Positions 43,083-51,628 of a stretch of DNA of 64,000 nt are shown piece by piece. The position numbers and the translations under genes are program-made. Source of the DNA: an uncultured Gemmatimonadaceae bacterium (lineage in GTDB: Bacteria > Gemmatimonadota > Gemmatimonadetes > Gemmatimonadales > GWC2-71-9); NCBI GenBank assembly GCA_964642475.1, contig CAZXRC010000001.1, forward strand, positions 3,560 to 67,559. Direction: 5' to 3'. The notes beneath the pieces are model-generated. The model had not been told where the DNA came from. It did not search any database and worked only from the letters and a program-made list of their open reading frames with translations. Each line of letters opens with the position of its first letter. Positions within the stretch are counted from its first letter, which is position 1.

Positions 43083-44090
43083 ATGAGCAGTAGCGCGGTT
43101 GCACCGGCGGCCCCTCCCGTACCGGAGTCCCGCCCCGCGGGGCTGCTACGCCCGGGCGCCTACTGTTTCATCATTGCCGCAGTGGTGCTGCTGGCGGGAG
43201 CCGCCAGTCTTCGCAACGACGGGATCCTGGCCTGCCGTCCTCCGGTCGCGGGCACCGACAGCTACGTGGGCTACTGCGGTGGCTCCAGCTACGGCGACTA
43301 CGACCACGGAGCGTTCTGGTTCGGGCTCGAGCCGGAGGCGACCGGGGCCGCCAAGAGGGCGGACCTGCTGGTCATCGGCAACAGCCGCACCCAGATGGGC
43401 TTCTCCGCCCGGGCGACCGAAGAGTGGTTCTCGGGGCTCGGGGCCCGGTTCTACCTGCTGGGGTTCTCGCACAACGAGAACTACCACTTCGAGGGCCCCC
43501 TGCTGCGACGCCTGCAGCTGCATCCGAGAGCCTACGTCATCAACCTGGACCTGTTCTTCGAAAGCGCCACCTCGGGCCCGGCCCACCAGGTCATGACGGA
43601 TCCCTCGGCTCGAACCCGGTATCTGCAGAAGCGGCTCTGGCAGCACCTGCAGCGTTGGCCGTGCGGGGCACTCCCGGCGGGGTGCCGTCACGAACCGGGG
43701 TTCTACCGTTCGCGCCAGACCGGAGCCTGGACCCAGCAGGGCGGGGACTACGAGAGCAAGCCGGTCGGCTACAACGAGACAGTGGATACCGCCACGGTCC
43801 GGTCCTACGTCGAGGCAGCCCGGGCGTTCATTCCCCAGCTTGGACTTCCCCCTGAGTGCGTCCTCCTGACGGTGGTGCCGTCCGCCAGGACGCCCAGCGC
43901 CACGGCGCGGGCCATCACCGCGGAGCTCGGCATGGACCTGTTTGCCCCAGAGCCGGAGGGACTGGTGACCTATGACGGGTCGCACCTCGACCGGCCCAGC
44001 GCCGAGCGATGGTCGGGCGCATTCCTGGAGGCCGCCGAGGCCCGGATCCGGCAGTGTGTCGGGCGCCCGGCCGTTTCCCAGCGACCCTAG
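43083..44090 (+). CDS. Membrane-anchored hypothetical protein, SGNH-like (DltD/AlgJ/AlgX-type) candidate acyltransferase
   Basis: 335 aa. TM YCFIIAAVVLLAGAASL. Candidate nucleophile block LLVIGNSRTQMGF and candidate DxxH block TYDGSHLD near the C-terminus. Assignment rests on these two short motifs and on gene context only. Confidence 0.45.
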   Translation: MSSSAVAPAAPPVPESRPAGLLRPGAYCFIIAAVVLLAGAASLRNDGILACRPPVAGTDSYVGYCGGSSYGDYDHGAFWFGLEPEATGAAKRADLLVIGNSRTQMGFSARATEEWFSGLGARFYLLGFSHNENYHFEGPLLRRLQLHPRAYVINLDLFFESATSGPAHQVMTDPSARTRYLQKRLWQHLQRWPCGALPAGCRHEPGFYRSRQTGAWTQQGGDYESKPVGYNETVDTATVRSYVEAARAFIPQLGLPPECVLLTVVPSARTPSATARAITAELGMDLFAPEPEGLVTYDGSHLDRPSAERWSGAFLEAAEARIRQCVGRPAVSQRP

Positions 44091-44147
44091 CGAGCACGGC
44101 GTGATCCTGACTCCACCCCGGGTCCCCGCCCTGAGGACCACCGAGCC

Positions 44148-46049
44148 ATGCTGAACTGGCTGCCCGCGCCCACCGACTTTCGCGCGGCTCTCCGGGAGGT
44201 CCTTCAGCTCACGGAGCCGGACGCGCGACTGGCACGCCTGGCCGAGCTGGCAGGCCAGCAGCTGAGCTTCCTGGAGACCATCCAGCTCGACCGCGCCCTG
44301 GCGGCGACACCCGCGGCCCCGGGGTCCGGGTTCACACCGGTGCGGGTCGCCCTCCTCTCGACTTCCACGGTCGAGCATCTGGCGGCCCCACTCCGGATCG
44401 CGGGCCTGCGCCGCCGACTCCGACTCGAGGTCTACGTCGGGGGCTACGGACAGTATCGCCAGGAACTGCTGGAGCCGACATCGGCCCTTCGCCGCTTTGC
44501 GCCAGAGGTCGTGCTGCTTTCCCTGACGGCCCAGGAGGCGATCTCGGGCACCTCGCTCGCGGCGACCGCCGCGGAGGCCGATGCCGCGCTCGACGCCGCA
44601 CTCGACGGTCTGCGCACCCTATGGCGCTCGGCCCGCGAGTCGCTCAAGGCCACGGTGGTGCAGCAGACTTTCCTCAACGTGGCCGACCCCCTCTTCGGCA
44701 GCTATGACCGGCTGGTGCCGGGGTCGCCGGCCCGCCTCATTGCCCGGCTCAACGAACGGCTGGCGGATGCCGCCCAGGCAGACGGGGTGTTCCTGCTGGA
44801 TGTGGCCCGGGCCAGCGAGCGGCACGGACTGTACGCCTGGTTCGACCAGACCCGCTGGCTCCAGGGCAAGTTCGAGGTCTCGCATCAGGCCGCGCCGCTG
44901 TACGCCGAGCTGGCCACCCGGATCATCGGGGCCCTGCGCGGACTCTCGCGGAAGTGTCTGGTCCTCGATCTCGACAACACGTTGTGGGGCGGCGTCATCG
45001 GCGATGACGGGATGGCAGGCATCGTCCTGGGCGAAGGGACCGCCGCCGGGGAGGCCCACCTCGCCCTGCAGCGCTATGCCAAGCAGCTGCGCGACCGGGG
45101 GATCATCCTGGCGGTGTGCTCCAAGAACGACCCGGCGATCGCCGAGGCGGTCTTCCGGGAGCACCCCGAGATGGTCCTCAAGCGCTCCGACATCGCGGCG
45201 TTCGTCGCAAACTGGACCGACAAGGCCGCCAACCTGCGGTTGATCGCGGAGCAGCTCAACATCGGGGTGGACAGCCTGGTGTTCCTGGACGATAACCCGG
45301 CGGAGCGGGCCCGGGTGCGTCAGAGCCTGCCGATGGTGGCCGTGCCCGAGCTCCCCAGCGATCCGGGACAGTACGTGCGTTGTCTGGCCGAGGCGGGGTA
45401 TTTCGAGGCGATCAGCTTTACCGCCGACGACCGGCAACGGGGAGAGCAGTACGCCGCCAACGAGGCGCGTGAGGCGCTGCTCAAGTCCTCCCAGAGCCTG
45501 GGCGATTTCCTCGGCTCCCTCGAGATGTCGGTAGGATACGGCGCTTTCCGGCCCGTCGACCTGACCCGCGTGGTCCAGCTCATCAACAAGACCAATCAGT
45601 TCAACCCCACCACCCGCCGGTACACGGCGGACGAGGTGGCGACCCGGGTGGCCGACCCTCGCGGCTGTACCCTGCAATTCCGGCTGGTGGACCGGTTCGG
45701 GGACAACGGGCTGGTGAGCGCCATGATCCTCACGCCGGTGGCGGGAGAGCCCGGTGCCCTCGAGATCGACACCTGGGTCATGAGCTGCCGGGTCTTCGGG
45801 CGGCAGCTCGAACATGAGGCGATGAACATCGCGGTCGAAGCCGCCGCCCGGCTGGGGGCCGAGTCGCTCCTCGCCGACTTTCTGCCGACCGCCAAGAACG
45901 GGGTGGTGAAGGACCTCTACCCGACCCTGGGGTTCCAGCCCGCCGCCCCGGCGCCGCCGGTGGAGGGCGCCACCCGCTGGCGGCTGCGGCTGGCGGAGTA
46001 TACGCCCTGGGGCACTTCCATCCTCCGCAGACCGGATTCCTATGACTGA
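44148..46049 (+). CDS. FkbH-like HAD-IIIC family protein (phosphatase domain + C-terminal acyl-transfer domain)
   Basis: 633 aa. HAD motif I LVLDLDNTLWGGVIGDDG, AVCSKND, FLDDNP. C-terminal GNAT-like part RFGDNGLVSAMIL...EIDTWVMSCRVFGR (conserved Cys547). Confidence 0.8.
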   Translation: MLNWLPAPTDFRAALREVLQLTEPDARLARLAELAGQQLSFLETIQLDRALAATPAAPGSGFTPVRVALLSTSTVEHLAAPLRIAGLRRRLRLEVYVGGYGQYRQELLEPTSALRRFAPEVVLLSLTAQEAISGTSLAATAAEADAALDAALDGLRTLWRSARESLKATVVQQTFLNVADPLFGSYDRLVPGSPARLIARLNERLADAAQADGVFLLDVARASERHGLYAWFDQTRWLQGKFEVSHQAAPLYAELATRIIGALRGLSRKCLVLDLDNTLWGGVIGDDGMAGIVLGEGTAAGEAHLALQRYAKQLRDRGIILAVCSKNDPAIAEAVFREHPEMVLKRSDIAAFVANWTDKAANLRLIAEQLNIGVDSLVFLDDNPAERARVRQSLPMVAVPELPSDPGQYVRCLAEAGYFEAISFTADDRQRGEQYAANEAREALLKSSQSLGDFLGSLEMSVGYGAFRPVDLTRVVQLINKTNQFNPTTRRYTADEVATRVADPRGCTLQFRLVDRFGDNGLVSAMILTPVAGEPGALEIDTWVMSCRVFGRQLEHEAMNIAVEAAARLGAESLLADFLPTAKNGVVKDLYPTLGFQPAAPAPPVEGATRWRLRLAEYTPWGTSILRRPDSYD

Positions 46050-46287
46050 GCAGGCGATCCTGGAGACTCTCACCCGTATCCTGCGGGATCTCCTCGCGGA
46101 CGATTCTATCGTGCTGACCATGGACACCCGCCGGGAGGAGGTGCCCAACTGGGACTCCATGTCCTACGTCAGCTTCATTGTCGCGGTGGAAATCGAGTTG
46201 GGCGTGAAGTTCGGTGTGGCCGAAGTGGAAGGGTTCGCCAACGTGGGCGCCATCGTCCGACGGATCCAGTCCCTGGTCTCCCGCTAG
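46042..46287 (+). CDS. Acyl carrier protein (stand-alone)
   Basis: 81 aa. Phosphopantetheine site NWDSMSYV (Ser39). Four-helix pattern. Start overlaps the FkbH-like stop by 8 nt. Confidence 0.75.
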   Translation: MTEQAILETLTRILRDLLADDSIVLTMDTRREEVPNWDSMSYVSFIVAVEIELGVKFGVAEVEGFANVGAIVRRIQSLVSR

Positions 46288-46312
46288 CCCGCGCGCGAGG
46301 AAGGCACCGCCC

Positions 46313-47947
46313 ATGCTGTTCAACTCGTACGAGTTCATCTTCATCTTCCTGCCGCTCACCCTGGCCGGGTTCTTCCTGCTCGGCGCGCGGGACCGGACAT
46401 GGGCGATCCGCTGGCTGATCCTCGCCTCTCTGCTGTTCTACGCCTGGTGGCGGCCGGTCAATGTCCTGATCATCGCCCCGTCGATCGTCATCAACTTTTT
46501 CCTGGCCCGTACCCTCCTGCGCCTGAGAGACGGCACCCGTCCGGGCCTGGCGCGGGCGGTCCTGATCGCCGGGATCGCCTTCAACGTGCTGTTCCTGGGG
46601 TACTTCAAGTACGCCAATTTCGCGGTCGGCGCGGTCAACGATGTCATGGGAACCGACCTGGTCCTGGCCCAGATCATCCTGCCCCTGGGAATCTCCTTCA
46701 TCACGTTCCAGAAGATCGCGTTCCTGGTGGATGTGCACGCCCAGCGGATCCAGGAGTTCACGCTGCAGGACTACGCCCTGTTCGTCCTGTTCTTCCCTCA
46801 GCTGGTGGCCGGACCGATCGTGCACTACCGGGAGATGATGCCCCAGTTCCAGCGGTCCAGCTGCCGGTTCGACCGGGAGAACGCCGCGGTCGGCCTGACC
46901 CTGTTCGTGATGGGGCTGACCAAGAAGGTGTTCTTCGCCGACGGGATCGCGGCGATCGTGAGCCCGATCTACGCCCGGGCCGCGGAAGGAGGCCCCATCT
47001 CGCTGCTGCCGGCCTGGATGGCGGCGCTGGGGTTCACTCTGCAGATCTACTTCGATTTCTCGGGCTACACCGACATGGCGCTGGGTCTGGGTCGGTTCGT
47101 CGGAGTGCGGTTCCCGCCCAACTTCAACTCACCGCTCAAGGCCACCAGCATCATCGAGTTCTGGCAGCGCTGGCACATGTCCCTGACGCGGTTCCTGACG
47201 GCGTACATCTACAACCCCCTGGCCCTGTGGCTCACCCGGCGCCGGCTGGCCCGGAAGCTCCCGCCGCTCACCCGGGCAAGGCCGTCGGCCGGCGCTTTCC
47301 TCTCGCTGGTGATGTTCCCGACCCTGGTCACGATGTTCATCTCGGGTCTGTGGCACGGCGCCGGGTACCTGTTCATCATCTGGGGCGTGCTCCATGGGGT
47401 CTACCTGACCATCAACCATGCCTGGCGGCTGTGGTCCCCCCGGATCTGGCCCGACCAGGAGCAGCGCACGCGGGTCATGAGGCCGGTGGGGTTCCTCCTG
47501 ACATTCGTCTCGGTGGTGGCGGCGATGGTGATTTTCCGTGCCCCCACCACTGGGGCCGCAGCCGACCTGCTGCGCGGCCTGGTGGGCCTGAACGGGATCG
47601 GCCTGCCCACATCCATCCTGGACCACCTGGGCCCGCTCAGCGCCATTCTGCGGCGGCTCGGAGTCGAGGCGGGCCTCGGCGCCGGCCTCTACCTCGATTT
47701 TGGCGACATGGTGATCTGGGCCGGAGGCCTGCTCCTGATCGCGCTGACCCTGCCCAACACCCTGCAGCTGCTGGCCCGGTACGAACCCGCGCTGGAGTTC
47801 TCGCCCGACCAGCACGGCCTCAGGATCGGCCGCTTCACGCTGGCGTGGCGCCCGACCCTGACGTGGGCCGTGCTGGTCTCGGTGGTGGCCGCCGTAGGGA
47901 TGCTCCACCTGGGCGGTCAGAGCGAGTTCCTCTACTGGCAATTCTGA
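46313..47947 (+). CDS. MBOAT-family membrane O-acyltransferase (AlgI/DltB-like)
   Basis: Inside ORF 46214..47947; ATG 46313 (MLFNSYEFIFIFLPLTL). Strings: ISFITFQ, DFSGYTDMALG, FNSPLKATSIIEFWQRWHMSL, ISGLWHGAGY (catalytic His region). Multi-pass. Confidence 0.85.
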   Translation: MLFNSYEFIFIFLPLTLAGFFLLGARDRTWAIRWLILASLLFYAWWRPVNVLIIAPSIVINFFLARTLLRLRDGTRPGLARAVLIAGIAFNVLFLGYFKYANFAVGAVNDVMGTDLVLAQIILPLGISFITFQKIAFLVDVHAQRIQEFTLQDYALFVLFFPQLVAGPIVHYREMMPQFQRSSCRFDRENAAVGLTLFVMGLTKKVFFADGIAAIVSPIYARAAEGGPISLLPAWMAALGFTLQIYFDFSGYTDMALGLGRFVGVRFPPNFNSPLKATSIIEFWQRWHMSLTRFLTAYIYNPLALWLTRRRLARKLPPLTRARPSAGAFLSLVMFPTLVTMFISGLWHGAGYLFIIWGVLHGVYLTINHAWRLWSPRIWPDQEQRTRVMRPVGFLLTFVSVVAAMVIFRAPTTGAAADLLRGLVGLNGIGLPTSILDHLGPLSAILRRLGVEAGLGAGLYLDFGDMVIWAGGLLLIALTLPNTLQLLARYEPALEFSPDQHGLRIGRFTLAWRPTLTWAVLVSVVAAVGMLHLGGQSEFLYWQF

Positions 47948-48004
47948 CGTGGTAGCGGCGCCCCACGCCCCGCTGCGTCTCACCCTTCGTCCGGACCCAC
48001 GCGC

Positions 48005-50104
48005 GTGAAGATCTCGCGGATCGCCGGTCTCCTGGGACTCGTCCTCGTCGGCGGCACCGTCGCCGGCGCCTCGCCGGCTGTTCGCATCCGGCTGCGGCTC
48101 ATGGGCCTCAAGCTCGTGGGCCGGCTCCCGGATGTCCCCGTCAGGGACTTCCTTCCGCTCATGAAGCCCCACTCCGGGTTCGACATGGAGGCCCTCCTCG
48201 AGAGCCGGAGCGGGGCCAGCACGCTGCTCCTGCCGGATGAGCTGGCCGGCGACACCCTGGTCGGATCCCGGCTCTTCGAGCAGAGGTGCGCCCGGTGTCA
48301 TGGCCCTCAGGGTGAGGGCAACGTCGGCCCGTCCCTGGTCGCCGGGACACCGCGCCATGGCGCCAGCGACTGGTCGATGTACCTCGTCATCCGTAACGGA
48401 GTCCCCGCGACCGCCATGCAGCCGACCGGGCTCTCGTTCGGGGAGGCGTGGCAGGTCATCGCGCTGCTGCGAGCGCGGCAGCGGGGCCTGGCGAAGGCCG
48501 TGCCAGCGGTCCCGGCCCGGGCGCGGCCGGTAGAGGAGGCGGACCTGGCCGCCGGCGACGTCCGCGAGGAGGAGTGGCTGTCCTGGTCGGGAGGCTGGTC
48601 CGGGCGCAGGCATCGCGTGGCGCCCGAGCTCACGGCGGAAGCCCTGGCCCGCCTGCGCCTCGCGTGGGCCTACCAGCTCCCCCCGGATCCCGAGGTCTCC
48701 CAATCGGCGCCGATCGCCGTGGGACGGCTCCTGATCGTGACCTCGGCCGAGGATGTCATCGCCCTGGACGCCGCCACCGGGGGGGTGGTCTGGCGCCGCC
48801 ATCACCCGGTGCGCGGATCCCCCCAGCTGTGCTGCGCGCGCTCCAATCGGGGGGTGGCGGTGTACGGCACGCGGGTCTTCGTGGGGACGCTCGACGGCCG
48901 GCTGCTGGCGCTCGACCTCGACACCGGCCGCCAGGTCTGGGAGACCGAGGTGGGCGACCCGCGCGAGGGCGTGAGCCTGACGGGCGCCCCCCTGGTCGCC
49001 GACGGTCGGGTCATCGTGGGAATGGGTGGCGGCGAGTTCGGTGTGCGCGGCTACCTCGATGCCTACGACCCGGGCTCGGGGAAACGCCTCTGGCGCTTCT
49101 ACACCGTACCCCGGCAGGGGGAACCGGGGAGCGAGACCTGGCCGGCCGGCGGGATGAGTCACGGCGGTGGCGGCACCTGGACCACCGGGGCCTACGATCC
49201 GGATCGGCACCTGTTGTACTGGGGCACCGGCAATCCAGCCCCGGTATTCGCGCCCGAGCTCCGTCCGGGGGACAACCTCTATACCTGCTCCGTCATCGCG
49301 CTGGATATCCGGACCGGCACCCTCAGGTGGAGCTACCAGTTCACCCCCAACGATTCGCACGATTGGGACTCAGCCCAGACACCTATTCTGGTCGACGGAG
49401 CCTGGAAGGGGCGGTCCCGACCCCTGATGCTCTGGGCCAATCGGAACGGCTTCGTCTACGTGTTGGACCGGGAGACCGGGGAGTTTCTGTATGCCACCCC
49501 GTTCGTCCGCCAGACCTGGAACGAGGGCTTCGACAGCGCCGGGCGGCCCCGGGTCGCGGCCGCAACGGCGCCCACGCCGGGCGGAACCCTGGTCTACCCT
49601 TCGGCCAATGGCGCCGCCAACTGGCGGCCTGCCAGTTACAGCCCCGAACTGGGACTCCTGTTCATCGCCGGGATCGAAAAGGGCGGGCTCTACATCCGCA
49701 CCCGCAATGACGCCGGGGCCCGGGGCACGTACCTCGGAGGCTCGGCGGTACCGCTGAAGGCGGCGCGGAGCTTCGTGGCATTCGACCTCGCCTCGGGGAC
49801 GTTCCGGTGGCGGGTAGCAGGACCGCCTGACAGCTCGTCGGCCATCGGCGGCCTGCTGTCGGTTGGCGACCGGCTGGTCCTGGGAGGCGCGGGTACGCAG
49901 GTGTTCGCGATGGATGCCCGAACCGGGCACCGGGTGTGGAGTGTCCGGCTCGGCGCCAACGTGGTGACCGCGCCGGTGCTGTTCCGGGTGGAGGGACAGC
50001 CCCGGGTGGCCGTGACCGCCGGCTCGGTGCTTTTCGTCTTTGGGCTGAATGGTCCCGCGGCCCATCCCGCGACCGGGCGGATGGAGGCCGCTGCCGCGCG
50101 GTAG
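48005..50104 (+). CDS. PQQ-dependent dehydrogenase (8-blade propeller) with an N-terminal c-type cytochrome domain
   Basis: 699 aa, GTG start, signal/anchor IAGLLGLVLVGGTVAGA. Heme site CARCHGPQGEG...ATAMQP. Then propeller repeats ALDAATGGVVWRR, ALDLDTGRQVWET, AYDPGSGKRLWRF, ALDIRTGTLRWSY, AMDARTGHRVWSV, and the vicinal Cys pair LCCARSNRGVAV typical of quinoprotein alcohol dehydrogenases. Confidence 0.75.
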   Translation: MKISRIAGLLGLVLVGGTVAGASPAVRIRLRLMGLKLVGRLPDVPVRDFLPLMKPHSGFDMEALLESRSGASTLLLPDELAGDTLVGSRLFEQRCARCHGPQGEGNVGPSLVAGTPRHGASDWSMYLVIRNGVPATAMQPTGLSFGEAWQVIALLRARQRGLAKAVPAVPARARPVEEADLAAGDVREEEWLSWSGGWSGRRHRVAPELTAEALARLRLAWAYQLPPDPEVSQSAPIAVGRLLIVTSAEDVIALDAATGGVVWRRHHPVRGSPQLCCARSNRGVAVYGTRVFVGTLDGRLLALDLDTGRQVWETEVGDPREGVSLTGAPLVADGRVIVGMGGGEFGVRGYLDAYDPGSGKRLWRFYTVPRQGEPGSETWPAGGMSHGGGGTWTTGAYDPDRHLLYWGTGNPAPVFAPELRPGDNLYTCSVIALDIRTGTLRWSYQFTPNDSHDWDSAQTPILVDGAWKGRSRPLMLWANRNGFVYVLDRETGEFLYATPFVRQTWNEGFDSAGRPRVAAATAPTPGGTLVYPSANGAANWRPASYSPELGLLFIAGIEKGGLYIRTRNDAGARGTYLGGSAVPLKAARSFVAFDLASGTFRWRVAGPPDSSSAIGGLLSVGDRLVLGGAGTQVFAMDARTGHRVWSVRLGANVVTAPVLFRVEGQPRVAVTAGSVLFVFGLNGPAAHPATGRMEAAAAR

Positions 50105-50111
50105 GGCTCCC

Positions 50112-50798
50112 TCAGGACCTCGAACGTGGTCCTGGCCGCCGGCCGGGGAACTCCAGCACCCCCTTGCGGCAATGGAACGCCTCGGCGCCACCGGCGCTGG
50201 CCCGGCACTCGATACCCCGCAGCCGCATGAGGCCGGCGAAGGTCTCCTCGGTAAACCAGTCCTTGGCCCGCTGGCTGGCGAAGACCTCCATCAACAGCCT
50301 GATCTTACGCCGCATCACGGCCTGACTCAGGGGGACGTACAGGTTCGGGCGGGCCAGGTCGCCGTCCCACTTCGGAATCTCGTACTCCAGCACCACGTGC
50401 CGGCGGAAGGTATTCCAGCCCAGGTCGGAGAGGACGCGGTGGTCCTGATGCCGGTCCTCCCGGAAGTGCGTCAGGATCAGGTCGGGACGGATCCGGGCGC
50501 CCAGGGCTTCGCAGGTCTCCTTGATGTCGCCAAACTGGGTCGGGAAGAACCCGTCCCGGAAGGTCTGCAGGGTCAGCCGCTGGTCCGACACCCGCCCCAG
50601 GAACTTGCGGGCGCTCGAACGGGCTTCCTCGGCCCGGGCGGGGCCGCCGCTGAAGACGGCCCAGTGTACCTCGGCACCGCCGGCGACCAGCTGCAGCACG
50701 GTCCCGCCGCACCCGATCTCGATATCGTCGGAGTGGGCGCCCAGGCAGAGAACCCGGAGCGGGCGGCCGGCGGGGCGCTGGAGATGCAGTGGCAGCAT
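50112..50798 (-). CDS. PIG-L/LmbE-family N-deacetylase
   Basis: Last 229 codons of ORF 50112..51044; ATG 50798. Strings: LRVLCLGAHSDDIEIGCGGT, HQDHR. Confidence 0.75.
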   Translation of the reverse strand: MLPLHLQRPAGRPLRVLCLGAHSDDIEIGCGGTVLQLVAGGAEVHWAVFSGGPARAEEARSSARKFLGRVSDQRLTLQTFRDGFFPTQFGDIKETCEALGARIRPDLILTHFREDRHQDHRVLSDLGWNTFRRHVVLEYEIPKWDGDLARPNLYVPLSQAVMRRKIRLLMEVFASQRAKDWFTEETFAGLMRLRGIECRASAGGAEAFHCRKGVLEFPGRRPGPRSRS

Positions 50799-50808
50799 GG
50801 CGAGTGGG

Positions 50809-51603
50809 CTAGCGCCGGGGCGTGCGGTCGTCCTGCCAGACATACCACGGGGGGCGGCCGGAGGCATAGAGCTCGTCCAGCTTCGACTTGTCTTTGGCGG
50901 TGTCCATCGGCACCCAGAACCCGTCGTACTCGTAGGCCAGGAGCTTGTTGGCCTCGACCAGGCGGCCGAACGGCTGCTCGACGAGTTCCTCCCCCTCCCG
51001 CATGTAGTCGAAGATCTCCCCTCGGAAGACGAAGAACCCGCCATTGACCCGGAGCCCGGACTGGATGATGTCGCGGAACCCCTGGACCCGCCCCGCGGCG
51101 TCGGTGGCCACGAAGTGGTAGCTCAGATTGGGGCGGACCGAGAGGAAACTCCCCACCGCGCCGCTCCGGTGGAAGGCCTCGGTCTGGGCCGGGAGGTTCA
51201 GATCGGTCAGGCCGTCACTGTAGTTGGCGAGGAACATCTCCTCGCCCGCGAGGTGTTTGCGCACCGCCATCAGCCGCTGCCCGATGTTGCTGCTAAGGCC
51301 GGTTTCCACGAAGGTGATGCGCCAGTCGCTGATGTCGCTGGTGAGCAGCTCCCGCTTGCGGCCCCCCTCGGACAGAATGAAGTCGTTGGAGATCCCTTCC
51401 TCGTAGTTGAGGAAGTAGTTCTTGATCATGTCGCCCCGGTAGCCGAGACAGAGGATGAAGTCCCGATGCCCGAAATGAGCATAGTACTTCATCAGGTGCC
51501 AAAGGATCGGGCGGTAGCCCAGGGGGACCATGGGCTTGGGGACGTTGTCCGCGTAGTCGCGGAGCCGCATCCCCAGGCCCCCGCAGAAGAGCACGACCTT
51601 CAT
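50809..51603 (-). CDS. rfbF: Glucose-1-phosphate cytidylyltransferase
   Basis: 264 aa. Strings: MKVVLFCGGLGMRLRDYADNVPKPMVPLGYRPILWHLMKYYAHFG, FWVPMDT.KD. Confidence 0.9.
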   Translation of the reverse strand: MKVVLFCGGLGMRLRDYADNVPKPMVPLGYRPILWHLMKYYAHFGHRDFILCLGYRGDMIKNYFLNYEEGISNDFILSEGGRKRELLTSDISDWRITFVETGLSSNIGQRLMAVRKHLAGEEMFLANYSDGLTDLNLPAQTEAFHRSGAVGSFLSVRPNLSYHFVATDAAGRVQGFRDIIQSGLRVNGGFFVFRGEIFDYMREGEELVEQPFGRLVEANKLLAYEYDGFWVPMDTAKDKSKLDELYASGRPPWYVWQDDRTPRR

Positions 51604-51628
51604 CGATGGACCCTCGGTTTCCTGGCGG

